DNA from: Eledone cirrhosa
Lineage: Eukaryota
Assembly: GCA_964016885.1 (NCBI GenBank)
Contig: OZ024746.1
Span: forward strand, 13,826,001 to 13,890,000
Reading direction: 5' to 3'
DNA: 64,000 nt
Below, piece after piece: positions 30,001 to 41,826 of this stretch. The stretch's first letter is position 1; every line of letters begins with the position of its first letter. A program made the position numbers and the translations under genes. Under the pieces are notes generated by a model. The model saw nothing but the letters and a program-made list of their open reading frames with translations, was not told the origin of the DNA and made no database searches.

Positions 30001-32865
30001 CTCTGGAATACACTGTTAAGTAGTTTAGTGAGGACTAACTCTGGAATACACTGTTAAGTAGTTTAGTGAGGACTAACTCTGGAATACACTATTAAGTAGT
30101 TTAGTACGGACTAACTCTGGAATACACTATTAAGTAGTTTAGTGAGGACTAACTCTGGAATACACTGTTAAATAGTTTAGTGAGGACTAACTCTGGAATA
30201 CACTGTTAAGTAGTTTAGTGAGGACTAACTCTGGAATACACTGTTAAGTAGTTTAGTGAGGACTAACTGTGGAATACACTGTTAAGTAGTTTAGTGAGGA
30301 CTAACTCTGGAATACACTGTTAAGTAGTTTAGTGAGGACTAACTCTGGAATACACTATTAAGTAGTTTAGTACGGACTAACTCTGGAATACACTGTTAAG
30401 TAGTTTAGTGAGGACTAACTCTGGAATACACTGTTAAGTAGTTTAGTGAGGACTAACTCTGGAATACACTGTTAAGTAGTTTAGTGAGGACTAACTGTGG
30501 AAAACACTGTTAAGTAGTTTAGTGAGGACTAACTCTGGAATACACTGTTAAGTAGTTTAGTGAGGACTAACTGTGGAATACACTGTTAAGTAGTTTAGTG
30601 AGGACTAACTCTGGAATACACTGTTAAGTAGTTTAGTGAGGACTAACTGTGGAATACACTGTTAAGTAGTTTAGTGAGGACTAACTCTGGAATACACTGT
30701 TAAGTAGTTTAGTGAGGACTAACTGTGGAATACACTGTTAAGTAGTTTAGTGAGGACTAACTCTGGAATACACTGTTAAGTAGTTTAGTGAGGACTAACT
30801 CTGGAATACACTGTTAAGTAGTTTAGTGAGGACTAACTCTGGAATACACTGTTAAGTAGTTTAGTGAGGACTAACTGTGGAATACACTGTTAAGTAGTTT
30901 AGTGAGGACTAACTCTGGAATACACTGTTAAGTAGTTTAGTGAGGACTAACTGTGGAATACACTGTTAAGTAGTTTAGTGAGGACTAACTCTGGAATACA
31001 CTGTTAAGTAGTTTAGTGAGGACTAACTGTGGAATACACTGTTAAGTAGTTTAGTGAGGACTAACTCTGGAATACACTGTTAAGTAGTTTAGTGAGGACT
31101 AACTGTGGAATACACTGTTAAGTAGTTTAGTGAGGACTAACTCTGGAATACACTATTAAGTAGTTTAGTACGGACTAACTCTGGAATACACTGTTAAGTA
31201 GTTTAGTGAGGACTAACTCTGGAATACACTATTAAGTAGTTTAGTGAGGACTAACTCTGGAATACACTATTAAGTAGTTTAGTACGGACTAACTCTGGAA
31301 TACACTATTAAGTAGTTTAGTGAGGACTAACTCTGGAATACACTATTAAGTAGTTTAGTACGGACTAACTCTGGAATACACTATTAAGTAGTTTAGTGAG
31401 GACTAACTCTGGAATACACTGTTAAGTAGTTTAGTGAGGACTAACTCTGGAATACACTGTTAAGTAGTTTAGTGAGGACTAACTCTGGAATACACTGTTA
31501 AGTAGTTTAGTGAGGACTAACTCTGGAATACACTGTTAAATAGTTTAGTGAGGACTAACTCTGGAATACACTGTTAAATAGTTTAGTGAGGACTAACTCT
31601 GGAATACACTATTAAGTAGTTTAGTACGGACTAACTCTGGAATACACTGTTAAGTAGTTTAGTGAGGACTAACTCTGGAATACACTATTAAGTAGTTTAG
31701 TACGGACTAACTCTGGAATACACTATTAAGTAGTTTAGTGAGGACTAACTCTGGAATACACTATTAAGTAGTTTAGTGAGGACTAACTCTGGAATACACT
31801 ATTAAGTAGTTTAGTGAGGACTAACTCTGGAATACACTGTTAAGTAGTTTAGTGAGGACTAACTCTGGAATACACTATTAAGTAGTTTAGTGAGGACTAA
31901 CTCTGGAATACACTATTAAGTAGTTTAGTGAGGACTAACTCTGGAATACACTATTAAGTAGTTTAGTGAGGACTAACTCTGGAATACACTGTTAAGTAGT
32001 TTAGTGAGGACTAACTCTGGAATACACTGTTAAGTAGTTTAGTGAGGACTAACTCTGGAATACACTGTTAAGTAGTTTAGTGAGGACTAACTCTGGAATA
32101 CACTGTTAAATAGTTTAGTGAGGACTAACTCTGGAATACACTGTTAAATAGTTTAGTGAGGACTAACTCTGGAATACACTATTAAGTAGTTTAGTACGGA
32201 CTAACTCTGGAATACACTGTTAAGTAGTTTAGTGAGGACTAACTCTGGAATACACTGTTAAATAGTTTAGTGAGGACTAACTCTGGAATACACTGTTAAG
32301 TAGTTTAGTGAGGACTAACTCTGGAATACACTGTTAAATAGTTTAGTGAGGACTAACTCTGGAATACACTGTTAAATAGTTTAGTACGGACTAACTCTGG
32401 AATACACTGTTAAGTAGTTTTGTACGGACTAACTCTGGAATACACTGTTAAGTAGTTTAGTGAGGACTAACTCTGGAATACACTGTTAAATAGTTTAGTG
32501 AGGACTAACTGTGGAATACACTGTTAAATAGTTTAGTGAGGACTAACTCTGGAATACACTGTTAAATAGTTTAGTACGGACTAACTCTGGAATACACTGT
32601 TAAATAGTTTAGTACGGACTAACTCTGGAATACACTGTTAAGTAGTTTAGTACGGACTAACTCTGGAATACACTGTTAAATAGTTTAGTACGAACTAACT
32701 CTGGAACACACTGTTAAGTAGTTTAGTACGGACTAACTCTGGAACACACTGTTAAATAGTTTAGTACGGACTAACTCTGGAATACACTGTTAAATAGTTT
32801 AGTGAGGACTAACTCTGGAACACACTGTTAAATAGTTTAGTGAGGACTAACTCTGGAATACACTG
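15012..32865. repeat. 38-bp tandem satellite, ~470 copies
   Basis: Monomer TTAA(A/G)TAGTTTAGT(GA/AC)GGACTAACT(C/G)TGGAATACACT(G/A); period 38 (15012 to 15050; register recurs every 1140 bp); no unique spacers. Confidence 0.99.
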
Positions 32866-33394
32866 AAGGGAGAGACGCTACCAGAAGTTATCTCATTGAT
32901 CGGTTAGATCGGAAGCATAGAAATATAGAGTACAGACCGAGAGTATATATATTTAGAACAGAAAGACATACCACTGGACTATCAAAAATGTATTTACTAT
33001 AGAGAAATCAAGCGAGAACAGATGTTGGTATTGTAATGGTATGTCTATGAATTGAAGACCAAAATGGACACTGGCAACCAGCTACTGTACGAAAGAAATG
33101 CTTAGAACCTCGTAAATATTAGAGTCATGTAAGAGATGCGACAGGGTCTGGATACGGAATTGTGCTACAGCCACACACACAAATATTTATATTTTAGGTC
33201 AGGGGTAGAGTTTGGTTTTAGTAGATACAGAGAGTAGGATAAAAAGAGAGTTTTGTGTGATAGACATAGAGAGGAAGAGAGCTTGGTGGCACCCTCGGGT
33301 CCCAAATAATAGGAATGGTGGTAATAATGGGGGGTGGGGACGATTATTCAAGACCTGAGAGTATGTGAATTATTGATAGACGTAAGAATTAAAA

Positions 33395-33552
33395 CTGAAT
33401 ACCGAAGTAGAGTTTAAATGTTCATCTATTATGGCTAAGCCTTGTTACTCTGGAGTCTCACCTGCGTACTCACCAGACAAGACTGGTGTTCCTGTGAGTG
33501 TGCAGGTGAATCTTTAGAGTAACAAATCTCACCAATAGTCCATAATAAATGA

Positions 33553-33553
<1 letters not shown>
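33395..33553. mobile_element. Old diverged fold-back element next to (TA)n
   Basis: TTCATCTATTATGG..TTGTTACTCTGGAGTCTCACCTGCGTACTCAC / GTGAGTGTGCAGGTGAATCTTTAGAGTAACAA..CCATAATAAATGAA; 33395-33435 is the reverse-complement homologue of ~52900-52945. Confidence 0.7.
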
Positions 33554-33611
<58 letters not shown>

Positions 33612-33713
33612 TATATGTGTGTGTGTGTGTGTGTGTCTTATGGTAGCTAAGATGCTTCCATAGGCGGTATGCCGGTTGAGCACTCTATGCTCTTACAGAG
33701 CAGAGTATGATAG

Positions 33714-34003
33714 AATAGAAAACGAAAAATCAGTGATGCATCTGAACTCAATTTATTGTGTGTTACAAATGTTTCGCCGGCGGACAGCTCGAGACGCGAT
33801 CATTGTGTAGATCTGTCTGATTCTGGACTCGCAGGTTCGACGGACACGTCTAATGATTTCGGAGCATATTCTCTCAGTGAGAGAATATGCGGGTCCAGAA
33901 TCAGACAGATCCACACAATGATCGCGTCTCGAGCTGTCCGCCGGCGAAACAATTGTAACACACAATAAATTGAGTTCAGATGCATCACTGATTTTTCGTT
34001 TTC

Positions 34004-34007
<4 letters not shown>
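33714..34007. mobile_element. Fold-back element with 120-bp arms and a nested hairpin; HHR 3' half
   Basis: Arms 33714-33833 and 33888-34007 (3 mismatches seen); inner hairpin GCATATTCTCTCA-G-TGAGAGAATATGC at 33864-33890; CGAAA-CAATTG-TA motif followed by AATAAA; ends in (TA)n. Confidence 0.85.
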
Positions 34008-34043
<36 letters not shown>

Positions 34044-34431
34044 CAATTTAGAAATTAAAAATTAAAAAATATATGATCAACACTACTGTGTTTTTTTTTG
34101 CAAAATGACAATAATTTTTTAGCCAGATAGAAATACCTTAATTCAAGTACATATAGTCCGTCTGTATCGATCTAGAGAATTTTAAATATTAAATATATAC
34201 TTACAGACGTAAAATGGCAACTACCTGGTGCCTAGACAAGTTTAAATTTCAAAATTCAAACCTTTTCAGCAGATCGGACAGAACTTCAAAACATAAACCT
34301 GTTTCATATATATATAAAGGAAATGAAGAAATTGGGTATGATACCAGTTTCTTACCAATTGAGAAGAAGCTCGATATATTAACCCCTTAGGAAAGGGCAC
34401 AGAGCATAATATTTTTAACTATATATATATA

Positions 34432-34675
34432 CAGTGGTGGTGTAACTGGGACAAGGTATGCTCCGCCCCCTCCAATAATTATATTTTCTCCCCAAACTAC
34501 TAAAACACACATCTATTTGGATATTCACTACAATTTATCTACAAGTTATGTTTATCACATATCGAAGTTTTCCGACTATTTTAGAGTGCAAAGAGCTCAA
34601 CTAATCACTACAACTAAATTGTCAAATCCCCCCCCCCCCCCCACACACAATTCAGAAATGTTGCCACTGCCCCTG
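34432..34675. mobile_element. Possible degenerate hAT-like MITE
   Basis: CAGTGGTGGTGTAAC ... GTTGCCACTGCCCCTG imperfect TIRs; no TSD seen. Confidence 0.4.
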
Positions 34676-35082
34676 AATAGTAAACATATATTATTGCCAT
34701 ACTGTGCATTCATCACATTATCCTATATTTCCTACATATCTAACCCAACCACAACTACGAACAATTGTCCGATCACGTTGAAGCTGCTTTTCTATATTTG
34801 TTACTGTCAACACGTTATATAGTACGTTAACAGATATTTAAGCTTCATGTACCACATGTCTAGAACAGAGATGTTAGCACTTAGTGCAGAGTGAATATGT
34901 CACGATTTCGCATAAAATCTCACCTGAACTAGCAGCTCGACTTTACATCAAGTTTATAGTTGATAAGGCAGTCGATGGCGGTTACAGGAGATCAATGAGT
35001 TCTGCTGTTTCATGTTTAGAACCTCAAGGTAATGGATTCACAATTACTATGATAGGATATCAAGTCAACTTTTTAAAATTTT

Positions 35083-35232
<150 letters not shown>

Positions 35233-35476
35233 ATATACACAAATACATACATAGTAACTCGTGCAACTGAACAAATGCATTTTATATATATGAGGGAAAA
35301 GAAGGGATAAAAGAAAAAGTAGCTTTGATAGTTTAATGTCGAGAAAATAAGTTTATGTAGCTACACAGACACATTCATTCACAACACACAAGTATCAAAC
35401 ACGCGCACACACACATGCAAGCACACATAGACGTCAGCGCACACACAGATATACACAGACATACACACGCACCCTC

Positions 35477-35543
<67 letters not shown>

Positions 35544-35544
<1 letters not shown>

Positions 35545-35815
35545 CGAAGGAAATGTGGTAAGGAACCAGGTGGACCATAACGCACCAAAGTACTCAATAC
35601 TTAGGGTAGTAGAGTGGGTAATAGGAACGAGTAGGACCCCGACGGCTGAGCTCAAGCCGTTTCGACGGCTAATTCTGGGTCCAGAATTAGCCGTCGAAAC
35701 GGCTTGAGCTCAGCCGTCGGGGTCCTACTCGTTCCTATTACCCACTCTACTACCCTAAGTATTGAGTACTCTAGTGCGTTATGGTCCACCTGGTATCTTA
35801 CCACACCCTCTTTGT
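35544..35815. mobile_element. Fold-back element, family A copy 1 (truncated HHR at the apex)
   Basis: ~135-bp arms around CTGG-GT-CCAG (35675-35684); right arm CGAAA-CGGCT-TGAGCTC-AGCCG-TC-GGGG is HHR stem III plus cleavage triplet; lies between (TA)n and (CA)n. Confidence 0.9.
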
Positions 35816-35828
35816 ACACACAGATACA

Positions 35829-35929
<101 letters not shown>

Positions 35930-36262
35930 TGTTTGGAATCAACAAGGGAAATATTATTTAGTACATAATGTTAAATATAATGTATATTTATTTGGGTGAA
36001 TCTGTATGCCTTCCTATCTCGTGTTTACACGCCCAGTCAGACGATAGCCTTCGGTATTTTAATGAAATATACTTTTGCCGAGTATGGTATCAGAACCTTT
36101 CATTGGCTGAGGAATTGTGTGAATTGTTAAGTCGTGGTAACTCCAAACAGAATAGAAACATTGCTCAGGCGTAGAGGCAATCTTCTAGCACGTAATTAGT
36201 AAAAGTCTCGTCATACTTTCATGGAAAGGAATTTGAACCTCAAGCTTTCAGGGTTATATTTG

Positions 36263-36354
<92 letters not shown>

Positions 36355-36385
36355 CACATATACATATATATATATATATATATAT

Positions 36386-36576
36386 AAGTTTATCCCGGGT
36401 TCAATCGGGGGTAACCACAGTAAGTAAGGTACTCAATACAAAGCAGAGTATAAATATTTCATATAGAAAAGGCTTCTACAGGACTAGAACTATTTCATTC
36501 GGGAGAAATCATCAGGGCTTCCTCATGATTTCTCCTGAATGAAACAGTTCTAGTTCTGTAGAAGCCTTTTCCATAT
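36386..36576. mobile_element. Fold-back element with an HHR directly at the apex
   Basis: Arms 36461-36516 and 36521-36576; unpaired extension 36386-36460; (TA)n on both sides. Confidence 0.85.
36516..36566 (+). ncRNA. Type-I hammerhead motif (one core substitution in this arm)
   Basis: GGCUUC-CUcAUGA-UUUCUCCUGAAU-GAAA-CAG-UUCUAGUU-CUG-UA-GAAGCC; the mirror arm on the minus strand has intact CUGAUGA. Confidence 0.75.
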
Positions 36577-36602
36577 ATTATATATATGTGTATATATATA
36601 TA

Positions 36603-36982
36603 TTAGGGTGGCCCTTATTTTTCAACTTTCTAAAAGTTTAGCTCCACACCCTCAATTAACAAAAAACAATCCATGCAAAACTTTAGCTCAAGCGGACAAC
36701 TGTAAAGCGACCCTCACTGACTGTGAAATTTTGAAGTTTTCGCCCGGAAAGTCATTTTTTCAGATAACATTTTTTTATCTCTTATATAATTTTCTCTTAA
36801 ATTAAAAACTTGTTAAGATTTATTCTTGGAATTAAAAGGATAAGTGACAATAAATATAATGGGGAAGGCAACTTGCAAAGCTGTGGACAGAGCTCAGGTG
36901 TAGGGCAAACACCTATTTGTCGCTGGGGGAGCAGCACAATTTTAACTTTCGGAAAATTACCTATTGCTAAGGGCGACCCTAA
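36603..36982. mobile_element. ~380-bp MITE
   Basis: TA-TTAGGGTGGCCCTTA ... TAAGGGCGACCCTAA-TA terminal inverted repeats; superfamily uncertain. Confidence 0.7.
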
Positions 36983-37164
36983 TATACATATATCCGTATG
37001 TGGTTGACAGCTGAGAGAAATGAATACTCTGTATTGAGTAAAAAAATACATATACATATATACATATGATATGTATATATATACTCTCCTTACTCTCCTC
37101 GCTTTCATATTTCTCCTTGCTCCGCTTTTCTCATTGTATTTGTATGTAAACAAGTACGTAGATA

Positions 37165-37700
37165 CAATGAGAAGGGGAGAGCAAGGATAAAAGGAGAGCA
37201 ATGAGAGGAAGGAGAGCAAAGAGAGCAATGAGAAAAGGAGAGCAATGAGAACAATGATAAAAGGAGAAAGGGAGAGCAAGGAGAGCAAGGATAAAAGGAG
37301 AGCAAGGAGAGCAATGGGAGGGGGGGGGGGGGCAAGGAGAGCAAGGATAACAGGGGAGCAAGGAGAGGAAGGAGAGCAATGAGAAAAGGAGAGCAAGGAG
37401 AGCTATGAGAAAAGGAGGGAAAGGAGGGCAAGGAGAGCAAGGAGAACAAGGAAAGCAAGGATACAAGGAGAGCAAGGATAAAAGGAGAGCAATGAGAGGA
37501 AAGGAGAGCAATGAGAAATAGAGAGCAAGGAGAGCAAGGAGAGGAAGGAGAAAAGGAGAGCAAGGAGAGCAATGAGAAAAGGAGAGCAAGGAGAGCAAGG
37601 ATAAAAGGAGAGCAAGGAGAGCAATGAGAAAAGGAGAGCAAGGATAAAAGGAGAGCAAGGAGAGCAATGAGAAAAGGAGAGCAAAGAGAGCAAGGAGAGG
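37165..37700. repeat. Purine-rich minisatellite built from AAGGAGAGC, AATGAGAA and AAGGATAA modules
   Basis: Directly visible; source of the Leu/Ser/Pro-rich spurious ORFs. Confidence 0.93.
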
Positions 37701-38062
37701 TTAAGGCAAATATTGCTCAAGTTATGCTGGAAGCAGACAAAGGTGAAGAAGAGGAAGAAGAAAAAAAATCAACCGAAGAGGTAGATTCTGCACCAAAATG
37801 ACTTTTCTTCCTTTACAAACATCGAGTTTTCGTCTTTTGTAACTCCTGGTACAAAAACTTTCTGGTTTAACCGCTTTACTTCCATCCGAAGAAGAGATAT
37901 TATCTCGAAAATTAAGGACATTTAAATAAATCTAAGGTAAAAGACTAATTGTCAACAATATCTTTTGCATTTGCATTCTTTATTCTATGTCCATACCTGC
38001 ATTGTTTTGGCTTTATTATACATATACAAACGTTTATATATATATATATATATAAATATATA

Positions 38063-38296
38063 TATAAAGGAAATGAATACAAAGAGTTTAAAACCGTTAA
38101 AACATGTTTATATAATTGTGTACCTACGTACGTTTCGCCCTGAGTGGGATTATCAAAGGCATGGAAAGCAAAATAATGTTCAATATAGGACCCAGGGTCC
38201 TATATTGAACATTATTCAGGGCGAAACGTACGTAGGTGCACAATTATATAAACATGTTTTAACGGTTTTAATCTCTTTGTATTCATTTCTTTTATA
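38063..38296. mobile_element. Fold-back element with a nested hairpin and a degenerate HHR
   Basis: Arms 38063-38143 and 38216-38296; inner perfect hairpin 38172-38216 (AATAATGTTCAATATAGGACCC-A-GGGTCC...); minus strand UGCC-uuUGAUaA-UCCC-ACUCA-GGGC-GAAA-CGUACG-UA-GGUA. Confidence 0.85.
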
Positions 38297-38455
38297 ATCG
38301 CCCTGCTTATTTTTTCTCGCCCACTAAATATTGACGCCTCTAATATTTAACCCTGTAGGCACAAGTATTGAGTACACATGCATAAACTATTGGCAACTAA
38401 ATATATGTATCGACCATATTTCCATTTTCTTCTCTCTCGATACCTAATCATTCTT

Positions 38456-38487
<32 letters not shown>

Positions 38488-39163
38488 AATATATAAATAT
38501 ATATATTCCTTCTTATATAAACGAGGTAGTCTATCAGAAAAGAAACAGGATTGGGGGCGTAAAAAAATATATATATACACATACAAAACTACATAGAAAT
38601 ATAGCGAGTGATATGAATTAGGAAAGTCTATTCATTCAGTAGAAAAGGAACATATGCGTCGATTACCAGCATTATACTCCTTCCTATATATCTTTTGTGT
38701 AGGAAACGGTTATTTAGTTACATCCCATTAGGCCCTGAGGTTAAATCTTGCTTTGGGTTTGTTTTATTCCTTTGTGGTTCATAAATATATATTTTCAAAT
38801 CATACTGAGCCAATTATATTATATTCCTCTCCAAATTTGTTTAGAAATATTCTTTGAGAAGATGGCTAGTATTTCATAATTATCTATTGCACCTAAACAA
38901 GAAACATTCTTCGTTTTAACAAAGTGTAACACAAACACGGCTGTTCTAATATAAATTGCTCGATTCTTTCATTAAAATTCTTTGCACGAAACGTTTAAAC
39001 CATGAAATTTTCTGAAAGTTGATCCTTATATTTATTTTGTATCTTAAACCAAGAAATTATGGGCAAACTTGCTTATAAGGGCTCAGTTCTTTTCCACTGG
39101 AATATGTCAAGATATATTTGATATATTTATGCTGTATTTATTTAACACCATTATTTTCTAGGA

Positions 39164-39349
39164 GGCGGTGGATTGGCAGTATCGGTAGAGGGTCGGACGC
39201 CATGCTTTGACGCATAGAGTTACGGTCCTTGTCATTCTGAGTTCAAATCCCGCCGAGGTTAACTTTGCCTTTCATCCTTACGGGGTCGATAAAATAAAGT
39301 ACCAGTAATGTACTGGTTAATTGCTGGCCTTGTGCCAAAAGTAGAAACA
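39164..39349 (+). mobile_element. Full-length tRNA-derived SINE with target-site duplication
   Basis: A/B boxes and Meta-like core; TSD ATTATTTTCTAGGA at 39150-39163 and 39350-39363. Confidence 0.93.
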
Positions 39350-40757
39350 ATTATTTTCTAGGAGGTTATACAAAGAACGTTTAAAAGAAAAAGAAAAAAA
39401 TCCCCTAATAATCCATGCAGTTTTCTTCCAATTTACTTATTTTCAATTTACTTATTGATCAAGAAACTTTATTTCCATTCCTTTATAATACTTTTACGTT
39501 TCATTCTAATGTTTCCATAATTTTGCACTAGATGTTTCAATTACTCTGAGAATAATAAACTTCAATTTTTTGTACTCGTTCAATTTGAGAGCCTAATTGT
39601 TTTTACATCTCACACGGTGCTAAATAAAGGAATTTAGCATGAATTCTTTGCAAATATCATCAATATTTCTGTTAAATGCTTATCATATTTTCCTAGATTT
39701 TTTTCTATATATATTTCCCTGGAGATCCTATCGGTATCAATGAAAATTTGCAGGAAATAATTACATATAGATGATACCTTTCTTGCATTGTTTTTACATT
39801 TTAACTGAGTTATGTCATTCACTATATTTACTCATTTAAATGAAAAGTGCTTGTTTCACAGAAAAAATTCTATAAAATAGTACTAGTTTTTTTTCTCCAA
39901 AAGCATAATTTATACTATAGTTTGCTCAACTTTCCAATTCAAATTTCCTTTCTCAAGTTATTTATGCCTTCTAATTTCAATGACGAAAATGAATCTAGTT
40001 TTCGAAATCCATTAAGAATCATTTCCTTTTACAGTTCACAAGTATTTTTTTCTGGCTGTTTAACCATTATCATATTTCTCTATAAAGTCGATATTGGGAA
40101 TAGAAAGGTCCGCATTGAGTATGGCAATAATCATTGAAGAGGGGTCTAGTTAAAGTACTCAAATACTTGAAGCTTAGGTTATTTCTATTAACAACAACTT
40201 CCGCAAGTAACTCTATCTTCTCGATTATGTTGTTAAACCCTTCTAATGACTATTGAACGTTCTTAAATCCTAATTATTCTTAATACAGCCACATCGTCAT
40301 TTACCTTCCTTTTTCATCAAAAGAAATTCTTTGATGTTGATTTCATTCAAATCATTTCACATTAAAATTTCCATTCATATGACAACTTTGAAATGCGTTG
40401 ACAACTACAATGTTCAAATCTTAATGCTATTTCCACCACAATCTTTTCTAATTCTTGTATTAAAGGTCAAAATATAAAAGATTTCAGGTTGTCAAACTCA
40501 TATTCTTTTTGTTTCAATATTCAAATGTATAACACATAAAAATCAAATGGGAATTTTATTTCATTTCGAGCACAAATTAGGTTTAGATCCTTGGTGATGG
40601 AAGATAGTTAAATGTATAAAATAATATTTCAACCTCTGTCGTTATAGCAGAACTTAAAAATGTGTTATTGTTCTCTGAATGAACACGAATAAATCCATTT
40701 CTTTTTAGGTTTTGTTTTTTGATGTTATGTCAATCGGTTAATAGTAAAATTGATTTG

Positions 40758-41231
40758 TAATTTAGGCAAAAGGCCAGCAATTTGAGAATAGGTCAAAGTT
40801 GATTTGCTCAATCCCAGTACTGATCGGTATTTTATTTTATCGGCCCCGGAAAGATGAAAGGCAAAGTTTCCCTCGCTTGGATTTGAACTCAGAATGTAAA
40901 GATCCAGAACAAATACGGCAATGACATTTTATCCGACGCTCTACTAATTCTGTCTTTACAGTACCTTTAAGAAGAAACAAAGGTGAAAGACAAGTTTGAA
41001 AGACAACTCGCGCTGTACAATCCAACGCAACGTGGTTAATAATGATTTTAAGTTTAAGCATAAGGCCAACAATTTTGTTGCAAGGGAAGTCTATTATATT
41101 GATCCCAGTACTTAACTGGTACTTTATTTTATCGACCGTGGCGGAATTTGAACTCAGAAAGTAAAGAGCCAGAACAAATACCATGATGGTATTTTATTCG
41201 AAACTCTACCAATTCTGCTATTTCATTATCC
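40758..41231 (-). mobile_element. Two SINE copies in tandem (~40758-40950 and ~41050-41231)
   Basis: Each has AGGCCA(G/A)CAATTT..CCCAGTACT..TTTATTTTATCG..GGA(A)TTTGAACTCAGAA. Confidence 0.8.
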
Positions 41232-41266
41232 TCTCTCTTAATATTGATTATTAACCATGATGTGAA

Positions 41267-41545
41267 GGCAATGGATTGGCAGAATCGGTTGAGCGTCAGA
41301 CTAAATACTTGGCAGTATTTAGTTACAACATTCTGACTTCAAACAAAATTACTGGCCTTGTGCCTAAATTAAAAATCAATATTTATACTAAGAGTGTTCA
41401 AATCCTGCCGAAATTAGCTTTGCCTTTCATCTTACGGGGTCGATAAAATAAATTACCAGTATTGTAATAAATTACCAGATTTAATCAACTTTCCCCTCCC
41501 CCTAAATTACTGGCCTTTTGCCTAAATCAGAAAGCAATATTTATA
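41267..41545 (+). mobile_element. Rearranged SINE (head and tail followed by a second body and tail)
   Basis: GGCAATGGATTGGCAGAATCGG; AAATTACTGGCCTT(G/T)TGCCTAAAT tail present twice; GTTCAAATCCTGCCGAAATTAGCTTTGCCTTTCATC. Confidence 0.75.
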
Positions 41546-41550
41546 TTATT

Positions 41551-41826
41551 CTTGGGGAGGGTCATATTGTAATAATATTGCCAGTAATAATAACAGAACA
41601 CACTGTTTGGTTGGTCTTCGCTTCTGTATCTTTTACATCTCCATAGTTAATTTATTTGGCAATCAATGTTTATCATTGATTGACCAACGGTTAAAAATAC
41701 AGATATAAACAGTGTGTTCTGTTATTATTTCTGGCAATATTATTACAACAATATGACCCTCCCCAAGTATAACAATATTTGTTTCGACACACGATTTCAT
41801 ATAAAAAAACCTTGCAAAACAAATAT
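41551..41826. mobile_element. Older fold-back copy of the 61-kb PLE family
   Basis: Arms 41551-41608 and 41707-41767, inner CAATCAATG/CATTGATTG; tail ATGACCCTCCCCAAGTATAACAATA..ACACACGATTTCA matches the reverse complement of 61125-61208. Confidence 0.8.

Noticed and set aside
15012-32865. CRISPR-like array (38-bp repeat with a hairpin)
   Set aside because: Head-to-tail monomers with no unique spacers, no cas genes and a eukaryotic context.
15012-32865. Coding repeat, or array of ACTAAC branch-point/QKI sites
   Set aside because: The monomer is not a multiple of 3 and is full of stops; a hexamer in a satellite is not evidence of function without transcript data.
36797-37720. Leu/Ser/Pro-rich ORFs resembling membrane proteins
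   Set aside because: Open in all three minus frames because the minisatellite lacks stops.
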